From an uncultured Acidobacteriota bacterium (lineage in GTDB: Bacteria > Acidobacteriota > Terriglobia > UBA7540 > JAPUME01), in NCBI GenBank assembly GCA_964605715.1, contig CAZSDV010000003.1, positions 19,175 through 62,966 of the forward strand: DNA of 43,792 nt, written 5' to 3'. Shown here in pieces: positions 8,212 to 17,151 of this stretch (positions within the stretch are counted from its first letter, which is position 1; the number at the start of each line of letters is the position of its first letter). Both the position numbers and the translations under genes were made by a program. Under the pieces are notes generated by a model, which was not told the origin of the DNA, made no database searches, and saw only the letters and a program-made list of their open reading frames with translations.

Positions 8212-10761
8212 ATGAGTAAGATTAGAATCAACGATTTGGCACGGGAACTTGAGGTGAAAAGTAAGTTTATCCTTGAGTATTTGCCTAAGATTAACTTCCT
8301 CGAGAAAAAGTCTCATTCAAGCAGCTTAGAGGATGAGATAGCCAGTAAGGTGCGCGCCCATTTTTTAGCTTTACAGAAGAAAGAAGAGGCTGATGAGGTA
8401 GCACGGAAGGCTAGCCCTAAGCCTCCTGCCTTGAGTCCCGCAAAACCCGTAGAGAGACAGATTGCTCGGCCTCCATTGCGCCGATCCCTAGAGGAAATCA
8501 AGGCCGAGCTACGCAAGAAGAAGGTTCCCGTTCCGCCTTCTTCTCTCAGGCGCATTCCAGGGGTGACGACACGCAGTACAGCAACTCCTACTCGTGTTCC
8601 ACTTCCGTCCACCTCCACCCCAGCGCCACCGACGGCCAGCACGGCCCGGGCTGTTCCGGGAAAAGGTCCTATTGGAGCTAGGGTTTCCCGGACGGCTGTA
8701 AAGAAGGTAGCCCCTCCTGTCGAAGGGGGGCGTAAGTCCACAAAGACCACAAGAGCATCCAAGAAGGCCGATGCATCAAAGCCGCTTTATGAATTGGCGG
8801 TTCGCCGAACGCCGGGGGTACTCCGACCAGGAGTTACCCGTCGTCCCGGTGAACCTCACCCGATACATCCGACTGCTCGGCCCAGACCTTCGCAAGCAGG
8901 ACGTAACGCTCCTGCGCAACGGACCACAGACCGGAAACATCCAGCACAGCGCCGTTCTCCGGTTCCACCCCCGAAACCGACAGAACCGGAAATGGTGGAG
9001 ATTACTCGAAATATAACCATTTCAGAGGGTATTTCTGTCAAAGAGCTTTCGGAGAAACTGGGTGTGCGTGTGCGTGAGGTGATCACGAAATTGCTGGATC
9101 GTGGAATATTTGCCACCATCAACCAGACCTTGGAGAATTCTCTGGCAACCGAGATTTCGCGTGCGTGCGGTGCTGAGGTTGATATTGTGACATATGAGGA
9201 GGAGGTCCAACAGGAGGTTCAAGAAACTGAAAAGTCGGAAAACCTTAAGCCGCGTGCGCCAGTTGTTACCGTAATGGGCCACGTGGATCATGGGAAAACT
9301 TCTCTCTTAGATGCAATCCGAGAGTCTAAAGTTGCCGAAGGGGAGGCCGGCGGGATTACCCAGCATATTGGAGCTTACCGGGTTCAGGTTCGTGGGAGAC
9401 CTGTGGTTTTTCTGGATACGCCGGGCCACGAGGCTTTCACATTGATGCGCGCCCGCGGCGCCAAGGTGACCGATGTTGTCGTTCTAGTGGTGGCTGCTGA
9501 TGATGGTGTAATGCCGCAAACTCTTGAGGCAATTGCCCATGCGAAAGCTGCCAAGGTTCCCCTGTTGGTTGCTATTAATAAGATTGACAAGCCTGATGCC
9601 CTTCCCGACCGCGTGAAAAAGCAGTTGGCTGACCGTGAACTTAACCCTGAAGACTGGGGAGGCGATACGGTGATGGTAGAGGTGTCGGCTAAGGAGAGAA
9701 AGAATCTCGATCTATTATTGGAGATGGTTTTACTTGTCTCCGACATGCGGGAAGTAACGGCCAATCCGGACAGACTTGCCAGTGGAACCGTTCTAGAGGC
9801 GAGGCTTGACCGAGGACGCGGTCCTGTTGCTACCGTGTTGGTTCAGGCGGGATGCTTGCGCAAAGGAGATTCCTTTATTGCTGGAGCGATATTCGGTAGA
9901 GTGCGTGCCATGTTCGACGATCATGGCCGTAGCGTTGAAGAAGTGGGGCCATCAAGCCCGGTTGAAGTTTTAGGGCTCGCAAATGTCCCTCAAGCAGGAG
10001 ATGTATTGCAGGTAATTGAAGATACTGCGAAGGCTAAGCAGATTGCGCTTTATCGCCAAGGGAGACTTCGTGAGGCTACGATGAGCAAGACCGCCAGGCT
10101 TAGCTTGGAGCACCTGCACGACCAGATGGAGAGCGCAGATGTAAAAGAACTACCTTTAATTGTAAAGGCTGATGTTCAAGGCTCTGTTGAAGTGCTTGTG
10201 GACACACTGAATAAAAACAGCACAGATAAAGTGAAGATTAAGGTGTTGCACTCTGCCGTTGGTGCCATTACAGAAACTGATGTCCTTTTAGCTTCAGCTT
10301 CGAATGCCATTGTTATTGGATTCAATGTCCGGTCAGCACGCAAGGCAACGGATTTGGCAGAAAAGGAAAAGGTGGACATAAGGCTTCATACGGTGATCTA
10401 TAATCTGACTGATGAGATCAAGAAGGCAATGACCGGTCTACTAGCCGCCACCACTCGTGAGGTATCGTTGGGCCAAGCTGAAATTCGCGATACCTTCCGA
10501 ATTCGCAAAGTGGGGAATGTGGCTGGCTCCTTTGTTTCGGAGGGCAAGATCTCACGGGGAGCGCGGGCGCGGTTACTGCGGGACAGTGTCGTAATTTACG
10601 AGGGAAAAATACTCTCACTCAGAAGATTCAAGGATGATGTGGAAGAAGTAAAATCGGGGCTGGAGTGCGGAATCATACTGGAAAATTTCAGCGATGTCAA
10701 AATAAGCGATGTGCTGGAAACCTTTGTGGTTGAAGTGGTGGCTGAGCCTGCCTTGGCTTAG
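8212..10761 (+). CDS. infB: translation initiation factor IF-2
   Basis: 849 aa. Pro/Arg-rich N-terminal region, GTPase motifs GHVDHGKTS, DTPGH and NKID, and conserved C-terminal domains. Confidence 0.97.
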   Translation: MSKIRINDLARELEVKSKFILEYLPKINFLEKKSHSSSLEDEIASKVRAHFLALQKKEEADEVARKASPKPPALSPAKPVERQIARPPLRRSLEEIKAELRKKKVPVPPSSLRRIPGVTTRSTATPTRVPLPSTSTPAPPTASTARAVPGKGPIGARVSRTAVKKVAPPVEGGRKSTKTTRASKKADASKPLYELAVRRTPGVLRPGVTRRPGEPHPIHPTARPRPSQAGRNAPAQRTTDRKHPAQRRSPVPPPKPTEPEMVEITRNITISEGISVKELSEKLGVRVREVITKLLDRGIFATINQTLENSLATEISRACGAEVDIVTYEEEVQQEVQETEKSENLKPRAPVVTVMGHVDHGKTSLLDAIRESKVAEGEAGGITQHIGAYRVQVRGRPVVFLDTPGHEAFTLMRARGAKVTDVVVLVVAADDGVMPQTLEAIAHAKAAKVPLLVAINKIDKPDALPDRVKKQLADRELNPEDWGGDTVMVEVSAKERKNLDLLLEMVLLVSDMREVTANPDRLASGTVLEARLDRGRGPVATVLVQAGCLRKGDSFIAGAIFGRVRAMFDDHGRSVEEVGPSSPVEVLGLANVPQAGDVLQVIEDTAKAKQIALYRQGRLREATMSKTARLSLEHLHDQMESADVKELPLIVKADVQGSVEVLVDTLNKNSTDKVKIKVLHSAVGAITETDVLLASASNAIVIGFNVRSARKATDLAEKEKVDIRLHTVIYNLTDEIKKAMTGLLAATTREVSLGQAEIRDTFRIRKVGNVAGSFVSEGKISRGARARLLRDSVVIYEGKILSLRRFKDDVEEVKSGLECGIILENFSDVKISDVLETFVVEVVAEPALA

Positions 10762-10809
10762 TTGCTCCGCCAAAGTGCTCCTTCATCCGGCCCTGCCTCG
10801 GAGTCAGAT

Positions 10810-11091
10810 ATGCCGATTGGGGTCATGACCCTCGCGATTCGGATCCCTACAGCTCACTCCCTAAAAGAGAAAAGGTCTGTTCTGCGAAAAGTTCGCGATC
10901 GCCTGCAAAGCCGCTTTAACGTTGCTGTGGCGGAGTTAGATTATCAAGATGTTTGGCAGCGATCAACGATAGGTGTGGTTTCTATTTCGAGTAGCCGTAA
11001 TAATCTAGAGTTTACGTTTCAAACTGTGTTGGCTGAATCGGAAAAGATCCTGGGTCCTGACCTGGTCGATCACCAGCTTGATTTTTTCTAA
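10810..11091 (+). CDS. DUF503 (YlxP-like) protein
   Basis: 93 aa from ATG 10810 with GGAG upstream. Contains IPTAHSLKEKRSVLRKVRDRL, and has the conserved position between infB and rbfA. Confidence 0.8.
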   Translation: MPIGVMTLAIRIPTAHSLKEKRSVLRKVRDRLQSRFNVAVAELDYQDVWQRSTIGVVSISSSRNNLEFTFQTVLAESEKILGPDLVDHQLDFF

Positions 11092-11135
11092 AAATCCCCC
11101 CTTGCTCGGGGAAATGGGTTCAGGAGGGTAATTAC

Positions 11136-11555
11136 ATGCACGCCACTCATCGTTCTAAGCGAATGGCAGGTCTGATTCGCGCCGAAGTTGCAGCGATGTT
11201 GCTTTACGACCTGAAAGATCCCTGCATTGGATTTACTACAGTAACCGATGTCCAGCTGAGTCGCGATTTGTACCATGCAAAGATTTTTGTTAGTGTCCTT
11301 GGTTCCCAGCAACAGCAAAAGGATACCTTGAATGGCTTAAGTTCCGCCGCTGGTTTTGTTCGTCGTGAAATTAGTCACCGTTTGAAGTTACGTACTACCC
11401 CAGAGTTTCGTTTCGTGCTCGATCGTAGCAGCGAAACTTCAGCTAGGATTGAGCAATTAATCGAAAAGACAAAGTTAGAACGTCAACCGAACTCTTCCCT
11501 TGCAAGCGAAGCGGAGCATCGGCAGGATGTTGCGGATGGCATGAATAACGAGTGA
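11136..11555 (+). CDS. rbfA: ribosome-binding factor A
   Basis: 139 aa. RSKRMAGLIRAEVAAML...VTDVQLSRDLYHAKIFVSV...LKLRTTPEFRFVLD is typical RbfA. Confidence 0.9.
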   Translation: MHATHRSKRMAGLIRAEVAAMLLYDLKDPCIGFTTVTDVQLSRDLYHAKIFVSVLGSQQQQKDTLNGLSSAAGFVRREISHRLKLRTTPEFRFVLDRSSETSARIEQLIEKTKLERQPNSSLASEAEHRQDVADGMNNE

Positions 11556-11577
11556 TTTAGGAAAGCAGGGAACAACG

Positions 11578-12492
11578 TTGACAGAGCCTGCCGGTGTGCT
11601 GGTTATCGATAAGAGCCCTGGTATGACATCACACGATGTCGTAGTGGTGGTCCGGCGCATCCTCAGTATGCAGCAGGTGGGTCACTTTGGAACTCTTGAT
11701 CCTTTTGCCACTGGGGTGCTGCCGGTTTCCATTGGAAAAGCCACACGGTTCGCACAGTTCTATTTGAAATCACGAAAATCTTATGAGGGCACGCTTAGTT
11801 TTAGGTTTTCGACAGATACCTATGATGCAACAGGAAGGCCAACTTCACTTGCCCAAGATTTAAAATTAGATCTTGGACTTCTTGAAAAAACACTCGAAGG
11901 GTTTACTGGCCGTATTTTACAAACTCCACCAGCATTTTCTGCCAAGCGCGTTGGAGGTGTGCGGGCTTACCAATTGGCCCGTAACAACAGACCTGTTGAG
12001 CTTCAACCTGTTGAGGTTGACGTGTATTCTTTGGAACTTTCTGGTATTAAGGGTCCTGAGGTTCAGTTTTCTGTTGAGTGTTCGGGAGGAACCTACGTCC
12101 GTTCTTTGGCTCATGACTTGGGCCAAAAAATTGGCCTTCCTTCCCATCTAGTTGAACTGCGGCGAGTAGGAGTAGCAGAGTTCGAGATGAAAAATTCAAT
12201 TACGCTTGATGAGTTGGGCTGCATAGCAAAGCAAGGACAACTCGCAAAAGCTTTAATTCCACCTCGGATCCTGTTACCCGGATGCCCAGAGCTAGTTGTT
12301 CGCGGACGTGAGGAGAAAAATATTCGGCACGGTCACAGTTTTGAATTAACGGAGGGTCCGGATATGTGCCAATCAACTCAAGGAAGTCCTGCTGCTCCGA
12401 TACTGAAGATACTCAATCCGGAGAGACAGCTTATTGCTGTTGCTAGGCATGTTGCTGGCAGTGTTTATCATCCTAATTTTGTTTTATCTTGA
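11578..12492 (+). CDS. truB: tRNA pseudouridine(55) synthase TruB
   Basis: 304 aa with a TTG start. GVLVIDKSPGMTSHDVV and GHFGTLDPFATGVLPV include the catalytic Asp motif. Confidence 0.92.
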   Translation: MTEPAGVLVIDKSPGMTSHDVVVVVRRILSMQQVGHFGTLDPFATGVLPVSIGKATRFAQFYLKSRKSYEGTLSFRFSTDTYDATGRPTSLAQDLKLDLGLLEKTLEGFTGRILQTPPAFSAKRVGGVRAYQLARNNRPVELQPVEVDVYSLELSGIKGPEVQFSVECSGGTYVRSLAHDLGQKIGLPSHLVELRRVGVAEFEMKNSITLDELGCIAKQGQLAKALIPPRILLPGCPELVVRGREEKNIRHGHSFELTEGPDMCQSTQGSPAAPILKILNPERQLIAVARHVAGSVYHPNFVLS

Positions 12493-12644
12493 ATTTTCTC
12501 TTTTGTTATCATGTTAAGTTCATGCAATTTTCCAGATTTTTAATCAAGGGTACATATACGATGGATTTTGGAACAAAGAAAAATGGAATAGCACACCTTG
12601 AGGGTTTTACTGGAATCTTACCCAATCAATGTCTTGGTCAGCTA

Positions 12645-13943
12645 ATGGCCAAACTTATATTACTGAACATGCTGATGGTTAGCTCGCTTGCGGCCTTCGA
12701 GAGGGAGCCACTTGACGTTTTTAAGCGCCGCCGCGTCGAGTTAACGGAATCGGTGAAGGACGGTATCGTGGTTCTTTTCGGCGGGACGTCCCCCAGCGAC
12801 ATTGACTACATCCCGTTTCGGCAAGCAAACGACTTTTATTATCTGACTGGCTCAGAAGAACCGGATGCAGCTTTGATTTTGGTTCCACCTTTGATCGAGG
12901 GCGGAAGCGGGCGGGAGATTTTGTTTCTTCCTGAGCGTGATCTTGCTGAAGAACGCTGGACAGGTCCAAAGATTGGATCGGATGACCCTAGCCTTCACGA
13001 GACAACTGGTTTTTCAGAGGTTATGTCAACTGGGCATCTTCCGGAGCAAATGAAAGAGGCCTTGGGGCATTTGGAAAAGATTTATACGGTTGCCTCGAGA
13101 AGGAAAGAAGGTTTCGATACATTGCCAGGTAGTCGGATGAGACGGTTGGCGCCATTTGCCTCAATCGTAGATGTGGCTCCAAAAATTGCCAAGCTCCGAT
13201 CTGTGAAATCAGCAGGAGAAATAAGTTTGATTCGTAAATCGGTGGAGGCCACCATAGAAGCTCATCTTGCTGCGATGAGAGCGGTCCGACCTGGAGTTTA
13301 CGAATATGAGATTGCGGCTTTGATGAAGTACGAATATCAGCGGCGCGGATGTGAGCGTTCAGCTTATCCTCCCATTGTTGGTTCCGGCTTCAATTCCACT
13401 ATCCTTCATTACGACAAAAATCGTCGACAGATGGAGGCGGGCGATATGTTAGTGCTTGACGTGGGTGGTGAGTATTCAGGCTACGCAGCTGATATAACGC
13501 GGACGCTTCCTGTAGGCGGCCGCTTTACAAAACGGCAGAGGAAAATGTATGAGATCGTCTTAGGAGCACAGCAAGCAGCCATCGCAGCTGCCCGGCCAGG
13601 AGCATCGCTCGGACGTGACGGGCCCAATAGTCTTCACCTTATCGCCCTTGAATACCTAAATAAGAAGGGGAAGGAGCAAGTAGGAGAGCCCCTGGGAAAA
13701 TATTTTATCCACGGATTAGGACATCACGTTGGGTTAGCCGTCCATGATCCCTCAGAAAGAGATGGAACCCTCCGTCCAGGAATGGTTATCACTATTGAGC
13801 CAGGGATCTACATCCAAGATGAGGGATTAGGTGTCCGAATCGAGGATATGATTCTGATTACTGAGGATGGGAATGAATCACTAACTGGACGTCTGCCGCG
13901 TGATCCTGATGAAATTGAAAAATTAATGTCTCAAGAAAAGTGA
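12645..13943 (+). CDS. Xaa-Pro aminopeptidase (M24B), probably secreted
   Basis: AMP_N-like N-terminal domain plus a pita-bread fold with metal ligands (DVGGEYSGYAADITRT, HGLGHHVGLAVHD, IEPGIY, RIED). The start is uncertain: ATG 12645 gives a signal-like MAKLILLNMLMVSSLAA; the alternatives are ATG 12561 and TTG 12489. Confidence 0.85.
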   Translation: MAKLILLNMLMVSSLAAFEREPLDVFKRRRVELTESVKDGIVVLFGGTSPSDIDYIPFRQANDFYYLTGSEEPDAALILVPPLIEGGSGREILFLPERDLAEERWTGPKIGSDDPSLHETTGFSEVMSTGHLPEQMKEALGHLEKIYTVASRRKEGFDTLPGSRMRRLAPFASIVDVAPKIAKLRSVKSAGEISLIRKSVEATIEAHLAAMRAVRPGVYEYEIAALMKYEYQRRGCERSAYPPIVGSGFNSTILHYDKNRRQMEAGDMLVLDVGGEYSGYAADITRTLPVGGRFTKRQRKMYEIVLGAQQAAIAAARPGASLGRDGPNSLHLIALEYLNKKGKEQVGEPLGKYFIHGLGHHVGLAVHDPSERDGTLRPGMVITIEPGIYIQDEGLGVRIEDMILITEDGNESLTGRLPRDPDEIEKLMSQEK

Positions 13944-14020
13944 TTGGACCGTATATGCATACCTACAAAAACTACTGGCCTGGGTCTTAGTCCAGTGGCT
14001 CCTGGGAGAATTTAACAGTT

Positions 14021-15286
14021 CTAGAGAAGTGGCATCACCACTTTTGGCCCCCATTCGTTTTGAGGGAGAGGGATCATCACGTTTGTAATTTTTCTGGTGG
14101 TGGGCTGTACCTCTACGACCACCAGAGGTGTAAGTCTAACACTTGCATCCAGTGTTTCTTCCAATGACAGGCTATTCTTATAGGGTTTCTCTGCCCGTGC
14201 AATAACAACCTCAACTGGGTCATCACTAGTATCAGGATCAACTCCCATGAAGTTTGTTGGGAGGGTAAAGGGTGCGAGAAAGACTATGGTAACTATTGCG
14301 ATTTTTTTGAATCCTACCGCCGCAGTGCCATATTCACCAGATGGATCTATTAGTTGAGGTGACTGAGGTGGCATCTTGTAAAACATTCCTTTCATAAAGT
14401 AGCGGGGAGGCAGAATGGTTGCGACCAAAGGCAGGTTTCCGCGAGCCATGAGCCGTTCTTCTACCTTTTTGTTCTCCATGGTGATGTCGAGGATATTGCG
14501 GAGCCATTCTGGTGACTGTGGCCAAGCACTGATGGTAGTAGTTTGGTGTTCAGGCCTCATTTGGATCGCCGTAGCAGCCAGTACTCGTGATCTCAGAAGA
14601 AATCCAGCCGAAAAGGCAAGCGCAAGACAGAAGACATACGCTGCTACCCATCCAGCAGCCCGGGGTCTTATGCAAGCGAAGGTAACTTGGAAAATCCTCC
14701 GCACGGGGTTTCCGGGCAGAAAGGCACCCTTGTCAGCCGAATACTCGCGGTACTCCTGGCCAAATTGTTTTTCCATGCGAGACTCTTCAGATCGCGCAAG
14801 CCCCGCATATATAAACAGCATCGTTACCCAGATGCCGAGCAGCAAGAATCGAGGCCAGATTGTCAATAAACCCCAACCTGCTATTCCTAGGCAGAGATAT
14901 TGGGGATGCATGGATATGCGGTACAGAAACCTTGTTGCCATGCCACGTTTCAGGATCTTATTCCCGTAAACCTGAAGAGCTGAGATGAAGAACCCCCACA
15001 TTCCCACTGCGAAGATGTATCGACCAACTTTACGTTGCCCTTCAATAAAAGTTGAAGATGTAACAACCGAGTGATTAAGGAAGAAGCCATCTAGCCACGC
15101 GGTCAGTGGACTAGCTGAAAGGAATTCAAGTAACGGCTCAAAGCGTACACTAGCGTAGCAGAATCCAGCAACAAGGCTAATCATAATAAGAACCTCGCCA
15201 GCTCCCAGCGCTAAGAGTGACAATGCTCCATGTCGTCCAAAATTTTTAATGGTGATTTTAAACTTTTTCGTAAGGCAATAATCCAA
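14021..15286 (-). CDS. membrane protein with an ICMT/PEMT-like methyltransferase core fused to a C-terminal domain of unknown function
   Basis: 421 aa with a TTG start. RISMHPQYLCLGIAGWG...ARSEESRMEKQFGQEYREYS matches the HPxY...EE..L...FG..Y..Y signature of isoprenylcysteine carboxyl / phospholipid methyltransferases. I could not assign the ~190 C-terminal residues. Confidence 0.7.
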   Translation of the reverse strand: MDYCLTKKFKITIKNFGRHGALSLLALGAGEVLIMISLVAGFCYASVRFEPLLEFLSASPLTAWLDGFFLNHSVVTSSTFIEGQRKVGRYIFAVGMWGFFISALQVYGNKILKRGMATRFLYRISMHPQYLCLGIAGWGLLTIWPRFLLLGIWVTMLFIYAGLARSEESRMEKQFGQEYREYSADKGAFLPGNPVRRIFQVTFACIRPRAAGWVAAYVFCLALAFSAGFLLRSRVLAATAIQMRPEHQTTTISAWPQSPEWLRNILDITMENKKVEERLMARGNLPLVATILPPRYFMKGMFYKMPPQSPQLIDPSGEYGTAAVGFKKIAIVTIVFLAPFTLPTNFMGVDPDTSDDPVEVVIARAEKPYKNSLSLEETLDASVRLTPLVVVEVQPTTRKITNVMIPLPQNEWGPKVVMPLL

Positions 15287-15471
15287 GGCAAGCTTCCTTA
15301 GGCACAGGCTCCTTTACTGAGCCTTGCCATTCTAGTAGGATAATACGGGGGAGTAAACTAGTTCAGATGAGAAAGGTTTATGATGAGAGTGTGCCATTTC
15401 CTTTATGGGTTCTACGAAAAGTAAAGGAAAACCCAGGGCCACAGGGCTAATATCCCAAGTAGAAGCATGTT

Positions 15472-17151
15472 ATGGTTTCGAGGACAATGACTAGTTCACT
15501 TGCGAAAACGATTACCTTGGTGGTTCTATTGGTCGTGTTGCGTCCGGGGACAGCACAGAATCAAAGACAAGCGGAGTTTGACAAGCAGAGGCTAGAGGCG
15601 ATCGAAGATCTTTCTGAGTCGTTGGCCAACGACCTATTGGAGATGTCTGTTGCCGTTCGAAACAAAGACCTTGATTTAATTGGTAAGTTTGTTGCCAATC
15701 CGATCGTTGCAAAACCGCCTCCGAGCGAGCCAGATTCTCTGGTGCATGAATTGAAATGGATCCATGCGCATTCCTGGAAACAAAGACATGAAACACTTTC
15801 CCGTACAGAATTCCTTCAGGGTTGGGAGGGTTTTCTGGGCCACTTTTCTGAGATCGAGGATGCCCGCTTCAAAGTAAAGCAGGCAACCTTTGACGAATCA
15901 CAGCAAATCGAGGGCAGTGCAAGCGTAGGGTTCTATCTTATCGGCCGGGATCGTGAAGGGCGTCGCGAGTGGGTGACAGCTCAAGCCGATATTATGGGTA
16001 TAAAGAAGGGGAATGATCCATGGCGGATCAGTCGGTTTGACCTGAACTCGTTCGAATCCAAAATTGCGGTGAAGGATCTTTTTTCTGAAGTCGCGGTGCC
16101 TGCTGGAGTATCCGCTGTTTTTCCACCTTTTGGTGTGGAGCCAAACGACGGCTTCATGTATCACGGTGTTGCCACTGCAGATGTAAACGGAGACGGCCTA
16201 CTGGATGTTGTTGCTACCGGGGTGGATCAAAATTACCTCTACCTCAACGAAGGAAACGGCCGTTTTCGGGATATATCAGCAGAGTCTCTAGTGAAGTATG
16301 CTCCGCAAGGGTCTGGCCCGCTCTTCTTAGATTATGACAACGACGGTGATGTGGACATATTCTTTGCCGCGTTTGGCCCGCAAGTCCTTCTCGAAAATCG
16401 ACTTTTCCCCGACGGCGAACTTCATTTCTGGGACGTTTCTGGGCCTGCAAAGGTTGCCGTACGTGCCGTGGGGTTCAGTGCCGTGGCGGCTGATGTGGAC
16501 GGCAATGGTTTCCCTGATATCTATGTAGCCTCTTACAACCGGTACGGCATGGTAATGCCTAATGCGTGGCACCAGGCTACGAACGGTACACGTAATCCAC
16601 TGTTTATCAACCAGGGTGACGGAACTTTTCGGGAAGCAGCTGCAGATTGGGGTGTTGATGACGGGCGGTGGAGTTATGCAGCTGCTTTTGCTGATATTGA
16701 TGACGACGGGGACCAAGATCTGTACGTAGCTAATGACTTTGGGGAAAATGGTTTTTACCTGAACCAGGGCGACCGATTTGTTGATGTAGCCGCGACCAGA
16801 GGCTTGAAGGATCCTGGGTTTGGTATGGGGGTTTCTTTTGGAGATTACGACAATGATGGAAACCTGGACCTACACATTACGAATATGTCTTCGACTGCCG
16901 GCAACCGGATTCTCCGGCGCCTCTTCCCTGAAGAACAACGTGACGGCCTTTTACTGAAGAAGCTTGCCATAGGAAACAACCTATACAGGAACAACGGAGA
17001 TGGAACCTTTAACGATGTTACTGCTCAGGTAGGCGGCCTGCCAGGAGGTTGGGCATTTGGGGGAGGGTTTGTGGACTTTGATAATGATGGGTGGGAAGAT
17101 CTCTATACCCCCAATGGTTTTATCTCTGGCAAATCAATGAAAGATACCTGA
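15472..17151 (+). CDS. FG-GAP/VCBS repeat protein (CRTAC1-like), N-terminal part ending at an in-frame TGA
   Basis: Signal peptide, then repeated Ca-binding FG-GAP motifs (DVNGDGLLDV, DYDNDGDVDIFF, DVDGNGFPDIYV, DIDDDGDQDLYV, DYDNDGNLDLHI, DFDNDGWEDLY). Ends at TGA 17149-17151, in the same frame as the next ORF. Confidence 0.85.
   Translation: MVSRTMTSSLAKTITLVVLLVVLRPGTAQNQRQAEFDKQRLEAIEDLSESLANDLLEMSVAVRNKDLDLIGKFVANPIVAKPPPSEPDSLVHELKWIHAHSWKQRHETLSRTEFLQGWEGFLGHFSEIEDARFKVKQATFDESQQIEGSASVGFYLIGRDREGRREWVTAQADIMGIKKGNDPWRISRFDLNSFESKIAVKDLFSEVAVPAGVSAVFPPFGVEPNDGFMYHGVATADVNGDGLLDVVATGVDQNYLYLNEGNGRFRDISAESLVKYAPQGSGPLFLDYDNDGDVDIFFAAFGPQVLLENRLFPDGELHFWDVSGPAKVAVRAVGFSAVAADVDGNGFPDIYVASYNRYGMVMPNAWHQATNGTRNPLFINQGDGTFREAAADWGVDDGRWSYAAAFADIDDDGDQDLYVANDFGENGFYLNQGDRFVDVAATRGLKDPGFGMGVSFGDYDNDGNLDLHITNMSSTAGNRILRRLFPEEQRDGLLLKKLAIGNNLYRNNGDGTFNDVTAQVGGLPGGWAFGGGFVDFDNDGWEDLYTPNGFISGKSMKDT

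Noticed and set aside
8313-8762. A 149-aa antisense ORF inside infB, and similar antisense or out-of-frame ORFs inside nusA, copA (e.g. 24624..24866, 25095..25412, 25515..25865), the FG-GAP gene, the FAAL gene (37320..37754) and others
   Set aside because: Each is fully embedded in a strongly supported gene on the other strand or frame. They have a low-complexity, Arg/Ser/Pro-rich composition and no motifs.
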